A stretch of DNA of 64,000 nt from an uncultured delta proteobacterium (GCA_963727485.1 CAVSGM010000003.1:512001-576000), one strand, 5' to 3'; numbered from the stretch's first letter, positions 32,892 through 45,768 are shown. Program-made: numbers and translations. Notes: generated by a model not told the origin, from the sequence alone.

Positions 32892-33287
32892 ATGCAGGAC
32901 ACCCCGGTCTTCAGCGCCGTCGGCCGCCGCAAGGAGTCGGTCGCCCGCGTCCGCGTCTCCCCCGGAGACGGCAAGCTCTTCATCAACAAGCGCCCGGTCG
33001 AGGAGTACTTCCCCTGGGAGACCGGCAAGGCCCAGGTCCGCGCGCCCCTGGTGGCCACGGAGATGGAGGGCAAGGTCGACGTCCACGTGAACGTGCGCGG
33101 CGGCGGGCTCACCGGTCAGGCCGGCGCCATCCGCCACGGCCTCTCCCGGGCCCTCATGGCCTACGATCCCGAGCTCCGGGCCCTCCTCAAGAAGGCCGGC
33201 TACGTGACCCGGGACGCCCGCGGCGTCGAGCGGAAGAAGTACGGGCAGCCTGGCGCCCGCAAGAAGTTCCAGTACTCCAAGCGGTAG
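32892..33287 (+). CDS. rpsI: 30S ribosomal protein S9
   Basis: [43 protein letters not shown]. Confidence 0.97.
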   Translation: MQDTPVFSAVGRRKESVARVRVSPGDGKLFINKRPVEEYFPWETGKAQVRAPLVATEMEGKVDVHVNVRGGGLTGQAGAIRHGLSRALMAYDPELRALLKKAGYVTRDARGVERKKYGQPGARKKFQYSKR

Positions 33288-33412
33288 GCGTCTCGCCGCC
33301 GTCGCCCGGTGCCCCCAGACGGGGCGCGCCGGGCCCCTCGTGCACCCGGCCTCGGCCGGGTGTACGCGTCTGGGGGATCCGGCCGCCGCGCCGGAGCCGG
33401 GGGAGCGCCCTG

Positions 33413-33441
33413 TGCTACACTGGGTCGTGACCCTCGTCACA
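33413..33441 (+). promoter_or_regulatory. Extended -10 element plus CRP/FNR-like palindrome upstream of pilT
   Basis: TGcTACACT at 33413-33421; CGTGA-N6-TCACA at 33426-33441. Confidence 0.45.
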
Positions 33442-33479
33442 CAGGTGCGCGCCCGCGCACGCCCGGAGGCGCCCCCTAC

Positions 33480-34722
<1,243 letters not shown>

Positions 34723-34729
34723 GCCGCGC

Positions 34730-35845
34730 CTACTCCATCAGGGCGTGGCCCAGCTCCTCGGCGGTCTGGAGCCGGTCGGCCGGGTCCTTGCGCAGCAGCT
34801 CGTGGGCGATGCGCGCGAGCTTGAAGTCGACGCCCGGGTTGAGGCTCGCCACCGGCGGGGGCTCGGACTCCATGAGCTCCTTCCACAGGTCCAGGGGATG
34901 CCGGGCGAGGAACGGCGGGCGGCCCGTGAGCAGCTCGTAGAGGATCACGCCGAGGGAGTAGAGGTCGGCGCGCTGGTCCACCCGCTCGCCGGCGGCCTGC
35001 TCCGGGGCCATGTACCGGTAGGTGCCCACCACCCGGCCCGCGTCGGTGACCTCGGCGGCGTCGGCCAGCGCCTTGCATAGGCCGAAGTCCATGATCCGCG
35101 CGTCGCCGTCGACGTCGACGAGGATGTTCGAGGGCTTGAGGTCCCGGTGGACCAGGCCCCGGGAGTGGACGTAGGCGAGCCCCGAGCACACCTGGGTGAG
35201 CACCTCCCGGAGGCGGGCGACGCGCATGGCGCCGTTGAGGACGGTGAGGTCCGCGGCCTCGCCGAAGGCGGGGAGCTCGTAGGGCTCCGGGGGGAGGACC
35301 AGGTCGGCAAAGGGCAGGTCCACCGACGGCGCCGGCCCCGACGAGCCCACCTCCATCGGCCCCGGGTCGCTGGGCTCGTGGCCCATGAGGACGTCCGAGT
35401 CGGGCTCCTCAAGCCAGGCATCGAGGTTGAAGGCGCGGGCGGCGCTCCCGGAGAAGCTCCCCGAGAAGCTCCGTCGAACGAGTCGTCGAGGCGCACCCCG
35501 GGGCTGGAGGTGGACGACCAGCTCGAAGGGGTCCTCGGTGACCAGGTCGAGGTGGCGCTTGATGTCCACCCCGTCGATGAGCTCCATGGCGAAGTAGGGC
35601 ATGTCGCCGGCGATCCCGGCGTCGATGACCTTGACCACGTAGGGGTGGTCGAGGAGCGCCAGGGACTCGAACTCCCGGGTGAAGCGCAGGGCGGCGCGGC
35701 TGTCGCCGGCCGGGGTCCCGGTGAGGAGCTTGACCGCGACCTCCTCGTCGCTGCGGTCGTCGAGGGCGCGGTACACCACCCCCAGGCCTCCCTTCCCCAG
35801 GAGGTCCAGGATTCGGTAGGGACCGAGCCGTTCCGGACGCATCAA
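34730..35845 (-). CDS. Cytoplasmic Hanks-type Ser/Thr protein kinase
   Basis: LGKGGLGVVY, VAVK, HRDLKPSN, DFG, GTYRYMAPE, DLYSLG. Confidence 0.92.
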   Translation of the reverse strand: MMRPERLGPYRILDLLGKGGLGVVYRALDDRSDEEVAVKLLTGTPAGDSRAALRFTREFESLALLDHPYVVKVIDAGIAGDMPYFAMELIDGVDIKRHLDLVTEDPFELVVHLQPRGAPRRLVRRSFSGSFSGSAARAFNLDAWLEEPDSDVLMGHEPSDPGPMEVGSSGPAPSVDLPFADLVLPPEPYELPAFGEAADLTVLNGAMRVARLREVLTQVCSGLAYVHSRGLVHRDLKPSNILVDVDGDARIMDFGLCKALADAAEVTDAGRVVGTYRYMAPEQAAGERVDQRADLYSLGVILYELLTGRPPFLARHPLDLWKELMESEPPPVASLNPGVDFKLARIAHELLRKDPADRLQTAEELGHALME

Positions 35846-35931
35846 GGTGTTGCGCCTCTACCCCCCAGGGTGCGGGGCACTATAGCATTCCTTTCCAGGC
35901 AACACCGGTTCCCGGGGTAGACTTCCGCGCC

Positions 35932-37617
35932 GTGAGGGTGGAACCGGACGGGCGTCCCGAGACGCCGGAGGAGCGGGAGGCGCGCCAGTCCCGGCGGTGG
36001 CGCCGGGTGGGGCTGACGGCGGCGGTGGCCGCCTTCCTTCTCATCTCCTCGGTCATCGCCATCTCCACCCTCGCGGTCGCCTACGGCACCCGCATCTACG
36101 GCGACCGGCACCTGGTGCCCGGGCACCGGGCGGCGTTCCGGGTCGCCGCCTACGTCCTCGCCGCCCAGGACTTCGCCCCCGGGCTCGGGGCGAGTTGTGG
36201 CTCGAGGGGCCCTCGGGCAAGCGGGTGCGCCTCGGGGGCGGGGCCAGCGGCGGCCGCGGCGGGGTCGACGTGGACGCCCGGATCCCCTGGGCTGGCCCCC
36301 GGGGCGCGTACACCCTGGTGGCTCGAGGTCACTACTCCCGCCGGGGCCAAGGAGACCGCGCGGGTGCCCGTGACCCTGGCGCCCGCGAAGGCCCACCCGT
36401 GGCTGCGCACCCGGAACGGGTGCGAGGAGGGGAGCCACCCGCGCAGCGACGGCACCTGGGAGGGGAGTGTCCTCTGTGGCCGCGCCTATTCCCCTGGCGC
36501 GCCTCTACCCCGAGGCCGGGCACCTGGTGGGGCAACCTCTCCAACCGGGTCTTCGCCTGGGTCCCTGGGCTCCCGCCCTCTGGGGGTCACCTGGCAGCCC
36601 CTGGGGGGCCCGCCCGGCCGCCTGCGCCGGAGCGACCGCCGGCGCCGGCGCCCCCCTCGCCGCTTCGCCTCGACGCCTTCGGCCTCGGCACCTTCGACGA
36701 CGTCCCCGCCTACCCCCGGGGGCCCCTGCAGATCACCGCCGGATCCAGCGGGCTGAGCCCCTCTGGCTCCGGGCGCTCCCGAGCCAGTTATCCGCCTCCG
36801 GGCCACCCGGGCGCTCCTCGGCCTCGGCGATTGCCTCGATGTCACGGTGTCGCTCCTGCGCGGCCGGGTGCCCCTCTTCCTCGACCTCTGGACCGGAGGC
36901 CGGTGGATCGCCACCGACAGCGACGTCGCCACCGGCGGCGCCTACCGCTATAGCGGTGGACCTGCCCCGGTTCCTCGCTCGGCTTCGTGGCCCTGCGGGC
37001 CTACACCAACACCAGCGGCCCCACGGGCACCTACGACGAGCGGGTGTTCTGGCGGAGCGAGGACGCACGGACCCCGGCGGGCCTGAAGGCCCTGGCCCTG
37101 GGTGGTGGCGGCGCTCCCGGTGGCGCCCGGCCTCTCCAAGGCGGTGCCCCACCCGGGCCCCGATCCCCTCTTCGCCGCGGTGGTGGCCGCGAAGCCGGGG
37201 ACCCTCGACGCCCTCGGCGACGCCGGCCGGGAGGACGTGGCGGCGGCGCTCCTCTCGCGGGTCGAGGTGGTGCCCGAGGCGGCGCCGCCCCTGGCCGACA
37301 CCAGCGAGGCCAAGATTGCGGCCATGGAGGCCCACAAGCGCGCCCTGCGCCGGCCCCTCCTCGCCGGGCTGGCGCTCCTCGGGCTGGGGGCGGTGCTGGC
37401 GATGATCGTCGCCCTCCTCGGTGACCGCCGGGGCCTGCGCCGGCGCCTGGCCGCCCTGGAGATTGACGACCAGGTGCTCCCCGAGGACGAGGCCGAGGGC
37501 GCCGGGCCCGGCCGGATTACCGCCCAGGGCGGGCTGCTTCTGGGGCTGATGCTCCTGGCGCTGATGGGCGCGGCCTTCGCCGGGCTCCTGACGCTGCTGG
37601 AGACGCTGCGCTGGTAG
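35932..37617 (+). CDS. Hypothetical membrane protein (N-terminal TM, beta-rich periplasmic part, two C-terminal TMs); multiple frameshifts
   Basis: Pieces in ORFs 35932, 35997, 36847, 36987 and 37102 share coding bias and can be joined. Confidence 0.5.
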
Positions 37618-37668
37618 GCGCGTGTCCTGGAAGACGCAGCCCCGGTCCATCCCCTCCACGCCGAAGGC

Positions 37669-38557
37669 TTAGTGCTGGCGACCCGCTGGCCTTGGCCACC
37701 CGCCCGGTGTGCTCCACGGGCTCGAGGAGCGCGAAGCCGGCCACCGGCCACTTCCGGTAGAGGCTGTTCCGGTGGACGAAGTCGGCGAGGCGCTCGTCGA
37801 CCACCTTGTGCCACAGGGCCTTGGCCGCGTGCCGCAGCACAGGTGCCCGTGCACCCGGAACACGAAGCCCACGTGGGTGACCCGGATGGGCTCCAGCGGC
37901 CGGTCGGTGCGCACCACCAGGAGGATCGTCCCGTCGGGGATCCGCGACATCACCGCCGGGAACCGGCCGATGGGCACGTAGGCGAGGGCGCGCGGTCGAG
38001 CTTGAGGTCGGCGACCGAGAGGGGCAGGCCGACGCCCCGGCGGTGGCGCCAGAGGCCGCGCGGTGAGGTCCTTCTCGGCGACCTGCACCGAGGCGCCGCC
38101 GACCTCCCGGGTGACGGAAGCGGACGAACCCCTTCTTCTCGTTGTCGGGGATCCACTCGTCCATCATCAGGTGGTCGCGGTGGCCGAAGGCGGGGACCCC
38201 GTCGCGGTAGCGGATGTGCAGGAGGGTGTGGAGGACGTGGTCGGGGTCGGGGCTGCTCGCCAGCGCCAGGACCGTGTCCACGTAGGTGAGGCAGTCGACG
38301 GTGTCGTAGCGGATGAGGGGGTCCGGGTCGTAGCCGGCGCCCTCGCCCAGCGGCGACTCGAGGTAGGGGGTCCCGAGGAACGCCCGGGAGATGGCGTCGA
38401 GGCGCGCGGGGAAGGGCTCGCCGGCGACCGACTCGGCGACCTTCAGGGGCGAGGGCCGGGGGGCGAGCTCGCCGTGGGGCGCCGAGCCGCCGGTCTTGCC
38501 CGGGCCGCCGCCCTGACCCGGGGCCGCCTGCTTCTGCTGGGCCCGGTGCATCTTCAC
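37669..38557 (-). CDS. DUF1460 / AmiA-like NlpC/P60-superfamily amidase domain; frameshifted, possibly fused to the HEAT protein
   Basis: FLGTPY, DCLTYV (catalytic Cys), RDH, VTHVGF, RHA motifs. Confidence 0.75.
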
Positions 38558-39505
38558 CCGGAGCCGGGTGAGGCGGGCTCGGGGATTCTGAGGCGCTGGA
38601 GGGCGTCGGCGGCGGCCAGGGACACCTGCGGCGCCCCATGGTCCACTGCGTTCACCAGGAACTCCAGCCCGCCGACGTCGCCGTGGGCGCCGAGGGCCTC
38701 GGCAGCGGCGATGCGCACCTTGGGGGCGTCGTCGTGAGGCGCGGTGCGCAGGGCGCCATCGGACCAGTGGCCCGGGACCTGGCCCAGGAGCCGCGCCGCG
38801 TCGACCCGGGCGTAGGCCGAGGGGGCGTCGAGGCGGGCGAGGAGCGCGAGCCGCGCCTGCTTGTCGCCCAGGCTCGCCAGGGCCCGGAGGGCGGCCAGGC
38901 GCACCGCCTCGCTCCCGTCCCGGGTCTTGGCCTTCAGCGCCCGCCGGGCCCCCCGCCACCGGCAGCGGCCCAGGGCCGTCAGGAGGGCCATCTCGTACTC
39001 GCGGTCGTCGCCGACCTTCTTCAGGGCCTTGACCAGCGCCCGGCCCCCGTGGGGATCGCCGGGGCGGCAGGGCGCGGGCCGCCTCCAGGCGGACCGATCG
39101 CTCGGGGTCGCCGAGGTGTCCGGCGATCTTCCGGGTGGCCCGCCGGTCGCCGAGCTTGCCCAGGGCGAAGATCGCGTCCTGGCGCACGGACCAGTCCGAG
39201 TCGTCGACCACCCGCTCCAGGGCGCGCTCGGTGCCGTGGACCGCGAGGATCCCCAGGGCGTAGGCGGCGCGGTCGCGGACGTCGGGATCCGGGTCCCGGA
39301 GCGCGCGGGTGATGAGGAACGCCGCCCGCCCCCCGCCTTGGAACGCCTCCTGGTCGAGGAGCGGGTCCAGGGCCTCCTTGGGGCCGGTCTGCACCGTGCG
39401 CACCAGAGCCCGGGTGACCTGGGCCCGGGCCGGGGTGGCCGGGGCGGCGAGGGCCACGAGGAGGAGCGCGCCGCCGAGGGCCGGGAGGGGGGACGGACGG
39501 ACCAT
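38554..39505 (-). CDS. Secreted HEAT-repeat protein; frameshift near 39070
   Basis: Signal peptide; repeated DPDPDVRDRAAYALG, DSDWSVRQDAIFALG, DGSEAVRLAALRAL units. Confidence 0.75.
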
Positions 39506-39587
39506 CGGCTCCAGTCCACCACAGGCGGCCGTCCACCGCCAGATGATCCCCACCGCGAAATCAGGGTAGACTGCGGGCGGTGAGGAG

Positions 39588-40168
39588 GTGGTCGAGACCG
39601 TTCCCTTCGACGTCATCCTGAGCCTGGCGGTGGGCCTGTCGGTGGCCTGGACGGCACAGGTGCACCTCGCCGCCGCCCCGCGCCTGGTCTCCAGCCGACC
39701 CCTGTGGGCGGTGGTGCTCTTCGAGCTGCTGATCTTCTGCCCGGTGGGCGCCTATCTCTACATCGTCCACCCGGCGTGGTCCTGGAACTACCTCGCGATT
39801 CGGCCCCTTCTCCGGGGTGGCTGGGGCCGGTGGCCATCGGGGCCTACGCCGTCGCTGGCATCGCCGGCTTCCTCTGGGGTGGGCACCTGGTGCGCACCGA
39901 CCAGAGCAAGCAGCTCGGGCGTATCGTCCTCGGGGTCCTGGGGCTCCTTCTGGTCTACTTCGGGGTCTTCGCCCGGCAGTTCTGGTGGGTGGGCAGCTAC
40001 GCGGCCTGGGAGGCGGGTCACCAGGGGATGCAGGGGCTGCCCTTCTCGCGCCTCGGCCTCGCCCTCGCCGGGGTGGGCCCAATCTCCTCGGCGTTCCTCG
40101 GCTGGATCCTCTTCCGCGAGTGGCGCCACGGTCAGCGGCTCCTCGCCGCCGACTCCCGGAACCCTTGA
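39588..40168 (+). CDS. Hypothetical integral membrane protein; frameshift near 39810
   Basis: PFDVILSL, HPAWSWNYL, then TM-rich continuation in ORF 39704..40168. Confidence 0.6.
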
Positions 40169-40198
40169 AGATTCCATGGGAAAGCCGGGGGCCGATTC

Positions 40199-40226
40199 TT
40201 GACACCCCCGGACCCCCTGTTACAGA
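40199..40226 (+). promoter_or_regulatory. Sigma70-type promoter upstream of the DUF4398-OmpA genes
   Basis: TTGACA-16 nt-TACAGA with TG extension. Confidence 0.45.
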
Positions 40227-40269
40227 TCGCGATGGACCATCGGTGGGAGAGATGCGCCGTGGAGGGTCG

Positions 40270-40701
40270 ATGAAGCGTATCGTCGTTGGGGTCTCGCGGC
40301 CGCGGGCCTGCTCGCCGGCTGCGGGCCAATTGAGTCCGTGGCGGTGATTGACGACGCCCAGGTGGCCCTCACCGGCGCCAAGGCGGCCAACGGTGACCGC
40401 TACGCCCCCTACGAGTACACCTCGGCCGAGCTCCCTCGACAAGGCCCGGGAGGAGCGGGGCCACGCCGAGTACCAGCAGGCCATCGGGTACGCCCGGCAG
40501 GCCCGGGAGATGGCCCGCGAGGCCGAGAGCAAGTCGATGAAGGCGACCCAGCAGAGCGGGGACGACGCCGCCCAGGGCGGCCTGGTGCCCTACCAGAGCG
40601 GGAGCGCACGACCCCGCCGCCTCCGCCCCCGCCCCCGACGACGTCTGGGCCCGGACGGATCGCAGACCGCGCCGGTCAAGATCGTGGCCCCCACGCCCTG
40701 A
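40270..40701 (+). CDS. DUF4398 domain lipoprotein; frameshifted
   Basis: LLAGC lipobox across a frameshift; YAPYEYTSAE..LDKAREE..EYQQAI. Confidence 0.7.
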
Positions 40702-40722
40702 CCCCCAGGAGCCTCCCCGCCC

Positions 40723-41986
40723 ATGGCCACCGCCCGTTCCCTCGCCCTCACCGCCCTCGCCGGCGTCCTCCCTCTTCGCCGGCTGTGTGACTGGCGGCCA
40801 GCTCCGCGCCACCGCCGGGGTGGTCCAAGAACCTCAAGCTCGCCCGGAAGCAGGGCGCCATGCGGTGCGCCCCCCGGGAGCTCGCCCGCGGGGAGGCCCA
40901 CCTCACCTTCGCCCTCGGTGAGCTCATCAGGGCGACTGGCAGCGGGCCCAGCAGGACTCGACCAGGCCCAGACCTCGACCCGCAAGGCCGTGCGCCTCTC
41001 CCGGGGCTGCATCAAGCAGGTCCTGATCGAAGCCCAAGCCGCCTCCGGTGATCGTCAAGATCAAGGAGAAGGACACCGACGGCGACGGGATCCCGGACAA
41101 CACGGACAAGTGCCCCAAGGAGCCCGGGCCAAGTCGAACGAGGGCTGCCCGGTGGTCAAGCCCAAGGACACCGACGGCGACGGGCTCACCGACGACGTCG
41201 ACCGCTGCCCCAAGGTTCCGGGCCCGGCGTCGAACCAGGGCTGCCCGGCCGCCGAGGCGCCGCTCGACACCGACGGCGACGGGATCCCCGACAGGCCGAC
41301 AAGTGCCCCAAGAAGGCCGGGCCGGCGTCGAACCACGGGTGCCCCATCCTCGACAGCGACGGCGACGGCATCCCCGACAACGTCGACAACTGCCCCAACG
41401 AGCCCGAGGACAAGGACGGGTTCCAGGACCAGGACGGCTGCCCGGATCTCGACAACGACCAGGACGGCATCCCCGACGTCAGGGACAAGGCGCCGAACCA
41501 GCCGGGCCCGCCGGAGACCAACGGCTCCCGCCCAAGAACAGCAACAGCGACGGCGTCCTCGACTACCAGGACAAGTGCCCGCAGACGCCGGGCCTGCAAG
41601 AAGCTCGGGCTGCCCGCGAAAGTACAAGCTGGTCACGTCACCAAGAAGAGATCGAGATCAAGCAGCAGGTCCAATTCGCCAGTGGGCGCTACCGGATCCT
41701 CTCGGACAAGCTTCGAGCTGCTCGACGAGGTGGGCCAGGTACTCAAGGACAACCCCAAGATCAACCTGCGCATCGAGGGGCACACCGACAGCCGCGGCTC
41801 GGACAGCGGCAACCTCCGCCTGTCCCAGAAGCGCGCCAGCTCGGTCCGGCGCTACCCGTCGCCAGAACATCGAACCGGGCCGGCTAAAGGCCGTGGGCTC
41901 GGCAAGACGCGTCCCATCGCCGTCAACGCCACGCGGGCGGGCCGGGAGGCCGATCGCCGGGTCAAGCCGTGATCACCTCCCAGTAG
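40723..41986 (+). CDS. OmpA family protein with thrombospondin type-3 (DxDGDG) repeats; multiple frameshifts
   Basis: DTDGDGIPD..DKCP repeats, EPEDKDGFQDQDGCP, IEGHTDSRG, NLRLSQKRA. Confidence 0.85.
41072..41600 (+). repeat. Coding TSP3 repeats (GACACCGACGGCGACGGG-like, ~86-99 nt period)
   Basis: Copies start at 41072, 41167, 41266 and 41352, with degenerate copies after. Confidence 0.8.
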
Positions 41987-41996
41987 CGGAGCGACC

Positions 41997-43075
41997 ATGC
42001 CGAGCTTCGAGTCTTCATCCCCGCCGCCCTGGAAACGGGGTTCGACCTGATCTTCCGGGTCGACGCCGACAACTGGATGCCGCCTTGAAGACCGGCCTCG
42101 AGCAGGTCGGCCTCAGGGCCACCGGGGCAACTCCTCGCCCATCAAGCCCACCGGGATCGACGTCACCGATCCCGGCTCCGGGAAGGAGCTTCCGGATCCG
42201 CGGCTCCGCCGAGGGCGAGGCCGCGGTGGTCCCCGGCCCCCGGCGGCCCCGAGCCTCCCCAGCCGATGACCGAGGTCATCACCGCGCCGGCGCCGGCGTC
42301 CCCAGAACGGCGCCCCCCGTCGAGGCACCGGTCGAGCCGCCGATCCCGCGCCGGCGGTCCGCCCCGAGCCGGCCCCGCCGCCGGCCCCGCCTCCGAGGCC
42401 GCCCCCAGGCCCCGCCGCCCCGGCCGCCCTCCAAGCGCTTCTCCCGCCGCCCCACCACAGCGACACCGAGGTCCGCTCGGTGAGCCGCATCGAGCGCCGG
42501 GCCGCGACCCCGCCGCCGCCGTCGGCCGGGCCCAGGCCAAGGCGAGCGTCTCCCAGGACGAGGTCCTCGCCGAGCTCTTCGAGCGAGTGCAGCGGATCTA
42601 CGACGCCAAGGACGCCGACGCCGCCCTCGGCTTCGTCCTCGACCTCGCCATGGAGAAGGTCCCCGCCGAGAGCGGCTCCGCCTACCGCGCCGACATCTCC
42701 AGCCGGATGGTCCGCTTCGTCGCGGCCCGGCGCCCCAAGGCAGACGAGCTCATGCGCCTGGGCCCGGCGGTCCCCGTGGGCACGGGCCTCGTGGGCGTCT
42801 CGGTGGAGCAGGGCGTGGGGCTGGCCATCAGCGACGCCGACCAGGACCCGAGGTTCTTCCGCGCCTCTCCGACCGCCTGGGCTACGAGACCCGCTCGGTG
42901 ATCACCGTGCCCATCCAGCGCGAGGGGCAGGTCATGGGCGCCCTCCAGCTCATCAACCGCCGCGAGGGCAGCACCTTCAGCGAGCCCGACCTCGCCATCC
43001 TCGACTACCTGGGCCGGGAGTGCGCCGAGTACCTCCGGGCCACCGGCGAGGTCACGGCCTGGCCGCACCCCCGGG
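41997..43075 (+). CDS. GAF domain protein with Pro-rich linker; frameshifted, end approximate
   Basis: LIFRVDADNWM..LKTGL N-terminus; VPVGTGLVG..ISDADQDPRF..ITVPI..GALQLINR..FSEPDL GAF. Confidence 0.7.
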
Positions 43076-43084
43076 CGTCGGCGG

Positions 43085-44528
43085 TCACCGGGGGCCCAGG
43101 CCTCGCCCTGGCGGGCCACCTTTCCCTCGGCGACCAGCTTCTCCAGGTGCGCCAGACGCTGCGGTCGGCGAAGGGGTACAGGGCGGGGGCCATCGGTGTA
43201 CACCGCCTCGACCACCCCGCGGATCGCCCGCTGCCCCGCCTCGAGGCGGCGAGGATCGCGTCCTCCCGAGCCTGGCCATGGGCGAGGTAGGTTCGATGCG
43301 CACCGCCGCCTCGGCGCCGGGGGCCCGTGGGGCGGCTGGACCATGGCCGGCTCGAGGGCCCGGAGCCGGCGGACCGAGCCGAGGTAGGCGGCCATGTCCC
43401 CCTCGGGGGGTCGATGATGATGGTACCCACCCCCGCCATCATGTCGCCGCCACCACCGCCCCGGTGGCCGCGTGGAAGCACAGATCGCCGGGGCGTGGCC
43501 CGGGGTGTGGAACGCGGCCAGGCTGGTCCACCGGTCCCACGAGCCGGTCCCCGCCGCCGTCGTCGAGGAGGGCGCCGACCAGCCCCGCCGGGAGACGCTG
43601 GCGGTGCGCCCATGGGCCTTCACCGGGACCCCCAGCCGGGCCTTGAGGTGGGCGACGCCGCCGACGTCGTCCAGGTGGTGGTGGGTGAGCCAGATGGCAG
43701 TGACCCAGGCGCCCTCGGCGGCGAGGTCGTCGAGGACCGCGTCGAGGCGCGCCTGGGCGTCCTCCCAGGGCGAGGCCGCTTCCACGACGACCCGCTCGGC
43801 GCCGGTGCCGAGGACGTAGACGTTGGTGTGGGTCGCCGGGGGCAGGGTGGGCGTGCGCACGGGGACCAGGAAGCGTGCTCGGAGGGGCTCGTGGCGCGAC
43901 GGCGCGCCCTCGCCGAGGTCGGCGCCTCCCGCGGCCAGGGCCACCAGCGGCTGGCGCACCGTCTCCGGGAGCGCCAGCTCCCCGGCGTCGAAGGCCGCCA
44001 GCGCCGCCTCCGGCCGCCACCACCGCAGGGCCGAGACCTCCGGGGACAACGGGCTCCCCTCGTGGGGGACGCCCTCGGGGAGCTGCAGGCGGTGGAGGAC
44101 GAGGTCCAGGGCATGGACCACGCAGCCCTTGAGGCGCCAGCGCCCGGTGGGCACCACCGCCGCCAGGTCCACCTCTTTCGCCCCTCGGCCTCGAGGTAGT
44201 CGGTGAAGGCCAGGTGCCGGTCCCGGAGGGCGGCGCGGTGGGGGACGAGGCGCCCGGATGGCACGCGCCCGGCGCCGGGGACGGCCAGGATCCCCGTCTC
44301 CTCTTGAAGAGCTCCCGGAGGGCGGCGACCCGGCGGGCCCGGTCGTCGTCGGCGAGGCCGGCGCCGCCGAGGCGCCCGGAGGGTCGCGCGTCGCCTTCGG
44401 CCACCGAGCCCCCGGGGAAATCCCCGAGGTCCCCTTCGAGGAGGCGGCCGGCGGCCCGGCGGCCGAGGAGCACCTCGGGGCCGTCCGCGCCGGGGCGCAG
44501 GAGCAGGACGAGGGGGCGGCGGTCGATG
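43085..44528 (-). CDS. NUDIX + metallo-beta-lactamase fold hydrolase fusion; frameshifted, ends approximate
   Basis: EVLLGRR, FPGG, ALRELFEE(T)G; TPTLPPATHTN, LTHHHLDD, HTPGHAP, GDM. Confidence 0.75.
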
Positions 44529-44548
44529 GTCGCCTAGGATAGGGCCCG

Positions 44549-44908
44549 ATGCCCGCCGCCGTGAGCTGTCCTGCCCTTCTCCCCCTGGCGCGACGTCGAC
44601 GCCCCCGGCGCCCTCCCCGCCGGACCGGCGGTGGTGCAGGTGAAGCTCGCCGCGGGCCTGGTCGACTACCCCGGCGGCCGGAGCGCCACGGCCTCTTCTA
44701 CCTGTGGACCCACGACCTCGAGGCTCTCCCCGCGTCGGTCCTCCCGGCGATCGGCGCCCGGGTCGCCGAGGGGGGCCTCGCGGCGCCCCTGCGCTTCCGC
44801 GTTTTCGCCTGGATGCCGATTCCCGCCCGGGCGACGGCCGCGCTCCTCGCCCGCTTCCACGCCCGCTTCGGTGCCATCCCGCGCCTCAACGGCCCGCCGG
44901 CCCGGTGA
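44549..44908 (+). CDS. Hypothetical protein; frameshifted
   Basis: VVQVKLAAGLVDYPGGRSA and LRFR...LLARFHARFGAIPRLN segments with coding bias. Confidence 0.45.
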   Translation: MPAAVSCPALLPLARRRRPRRPPRRTGGGAGEARRGPGRLPRRPERHGLFYLWTHDLEALPASVLPAIGARVAEGGLAAPLRFRVFAWMPIPARATAALLARFHARFGAIPRLNGPPAR

Positions 44909-44916
44909 GCCGGGGG

Positions 44917-45768
44917 CTACTGGGTGCGCCCGCAGTAGCCCTGGAAGGTGTAGATTGCGGCGAGGGGGTCAGGGGCGACTGCTGGAAGTCCCCCTTGTCG
45001 TCGTTGAGGATGGTGTAGGAGACCGCCCACGGTGACCAGAGTCACAGCCGCCGTAGAAGTTGGGGACCACCCAGGCGGCGCACAGGCCCAGGGAGTCGAG
45101 CATCCCAGGCCGCCCTGGGTGAACTGGCGCTGCTGGAAGGCGTCGCTCCATGGTCAGGAACACCGGCCGGCCGTCGACGGTGGGCGGGGAGGGTGGAGAC
45201 GGCTGCGACCTGGGTCGCCTGGGATGCGCGAAGGTGAGGGCGGCGAAGGCCTGGGCGCTCGAGAGGTCGACGAGGGGCCCGACATCGGGTCCGAACGTGC
45301 CGTGGAGGCCCTGGTCGACGTAGCCGCCGGTGAGGTTCTGGGTCATGGGCCCGACGAAGCTGCACTTGAACACCCCGTAGGTCCCGGGGATGCCCATAGG
45401 CGTCGATGGCCTTGAACAGCTGGAGGTAGGTGCCCGAGCCGGCGGCGGTGACGTCGGTGTAGCCGGCCTTCTTCAGGTTCGCGAGGGCGGTCGCCGGGTC
45501 GTCGGCGCAGGGGAGGCTGCGGGTGATGACGTGGCCCCGAGGTTCGCCTCCGACGCCGCCAGCAGGGTGCCCGCCGGGAGCTTCTGGGGGTCGGGGAGGC
45601 TGCCCAGGTCCTTCTGGTCGTAGGCCGCGTGGACGACCTGCGCCGCGGTGAACGTGCCGCCGCACGCCGAGAGGGAAACGGTCTCGAGCTTCTTGTAGTC
45701 CGGCGGCGTCGCACCGCAGGCGGCCAGGCTGGCCAGCGGCGAGACAGGAGCGGCAGGGCCCTGCGCAT
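44917..45768 (-). CDS. Hypothetical lipoprotein; frameshifted
   Basis: MRRALPLL..LAAC lipobox; pieces in several minus frames; TAG at 44917-44919. Confidence 0.5.

Noticed and set aside
41072..41600. Regularly spaced direct repeats resembling a CRISPR array
   Set aside because: They encode DTDGDG TSP3 repeats within OmpA; the intervening sequences are similar to one another and no cas genes are present.
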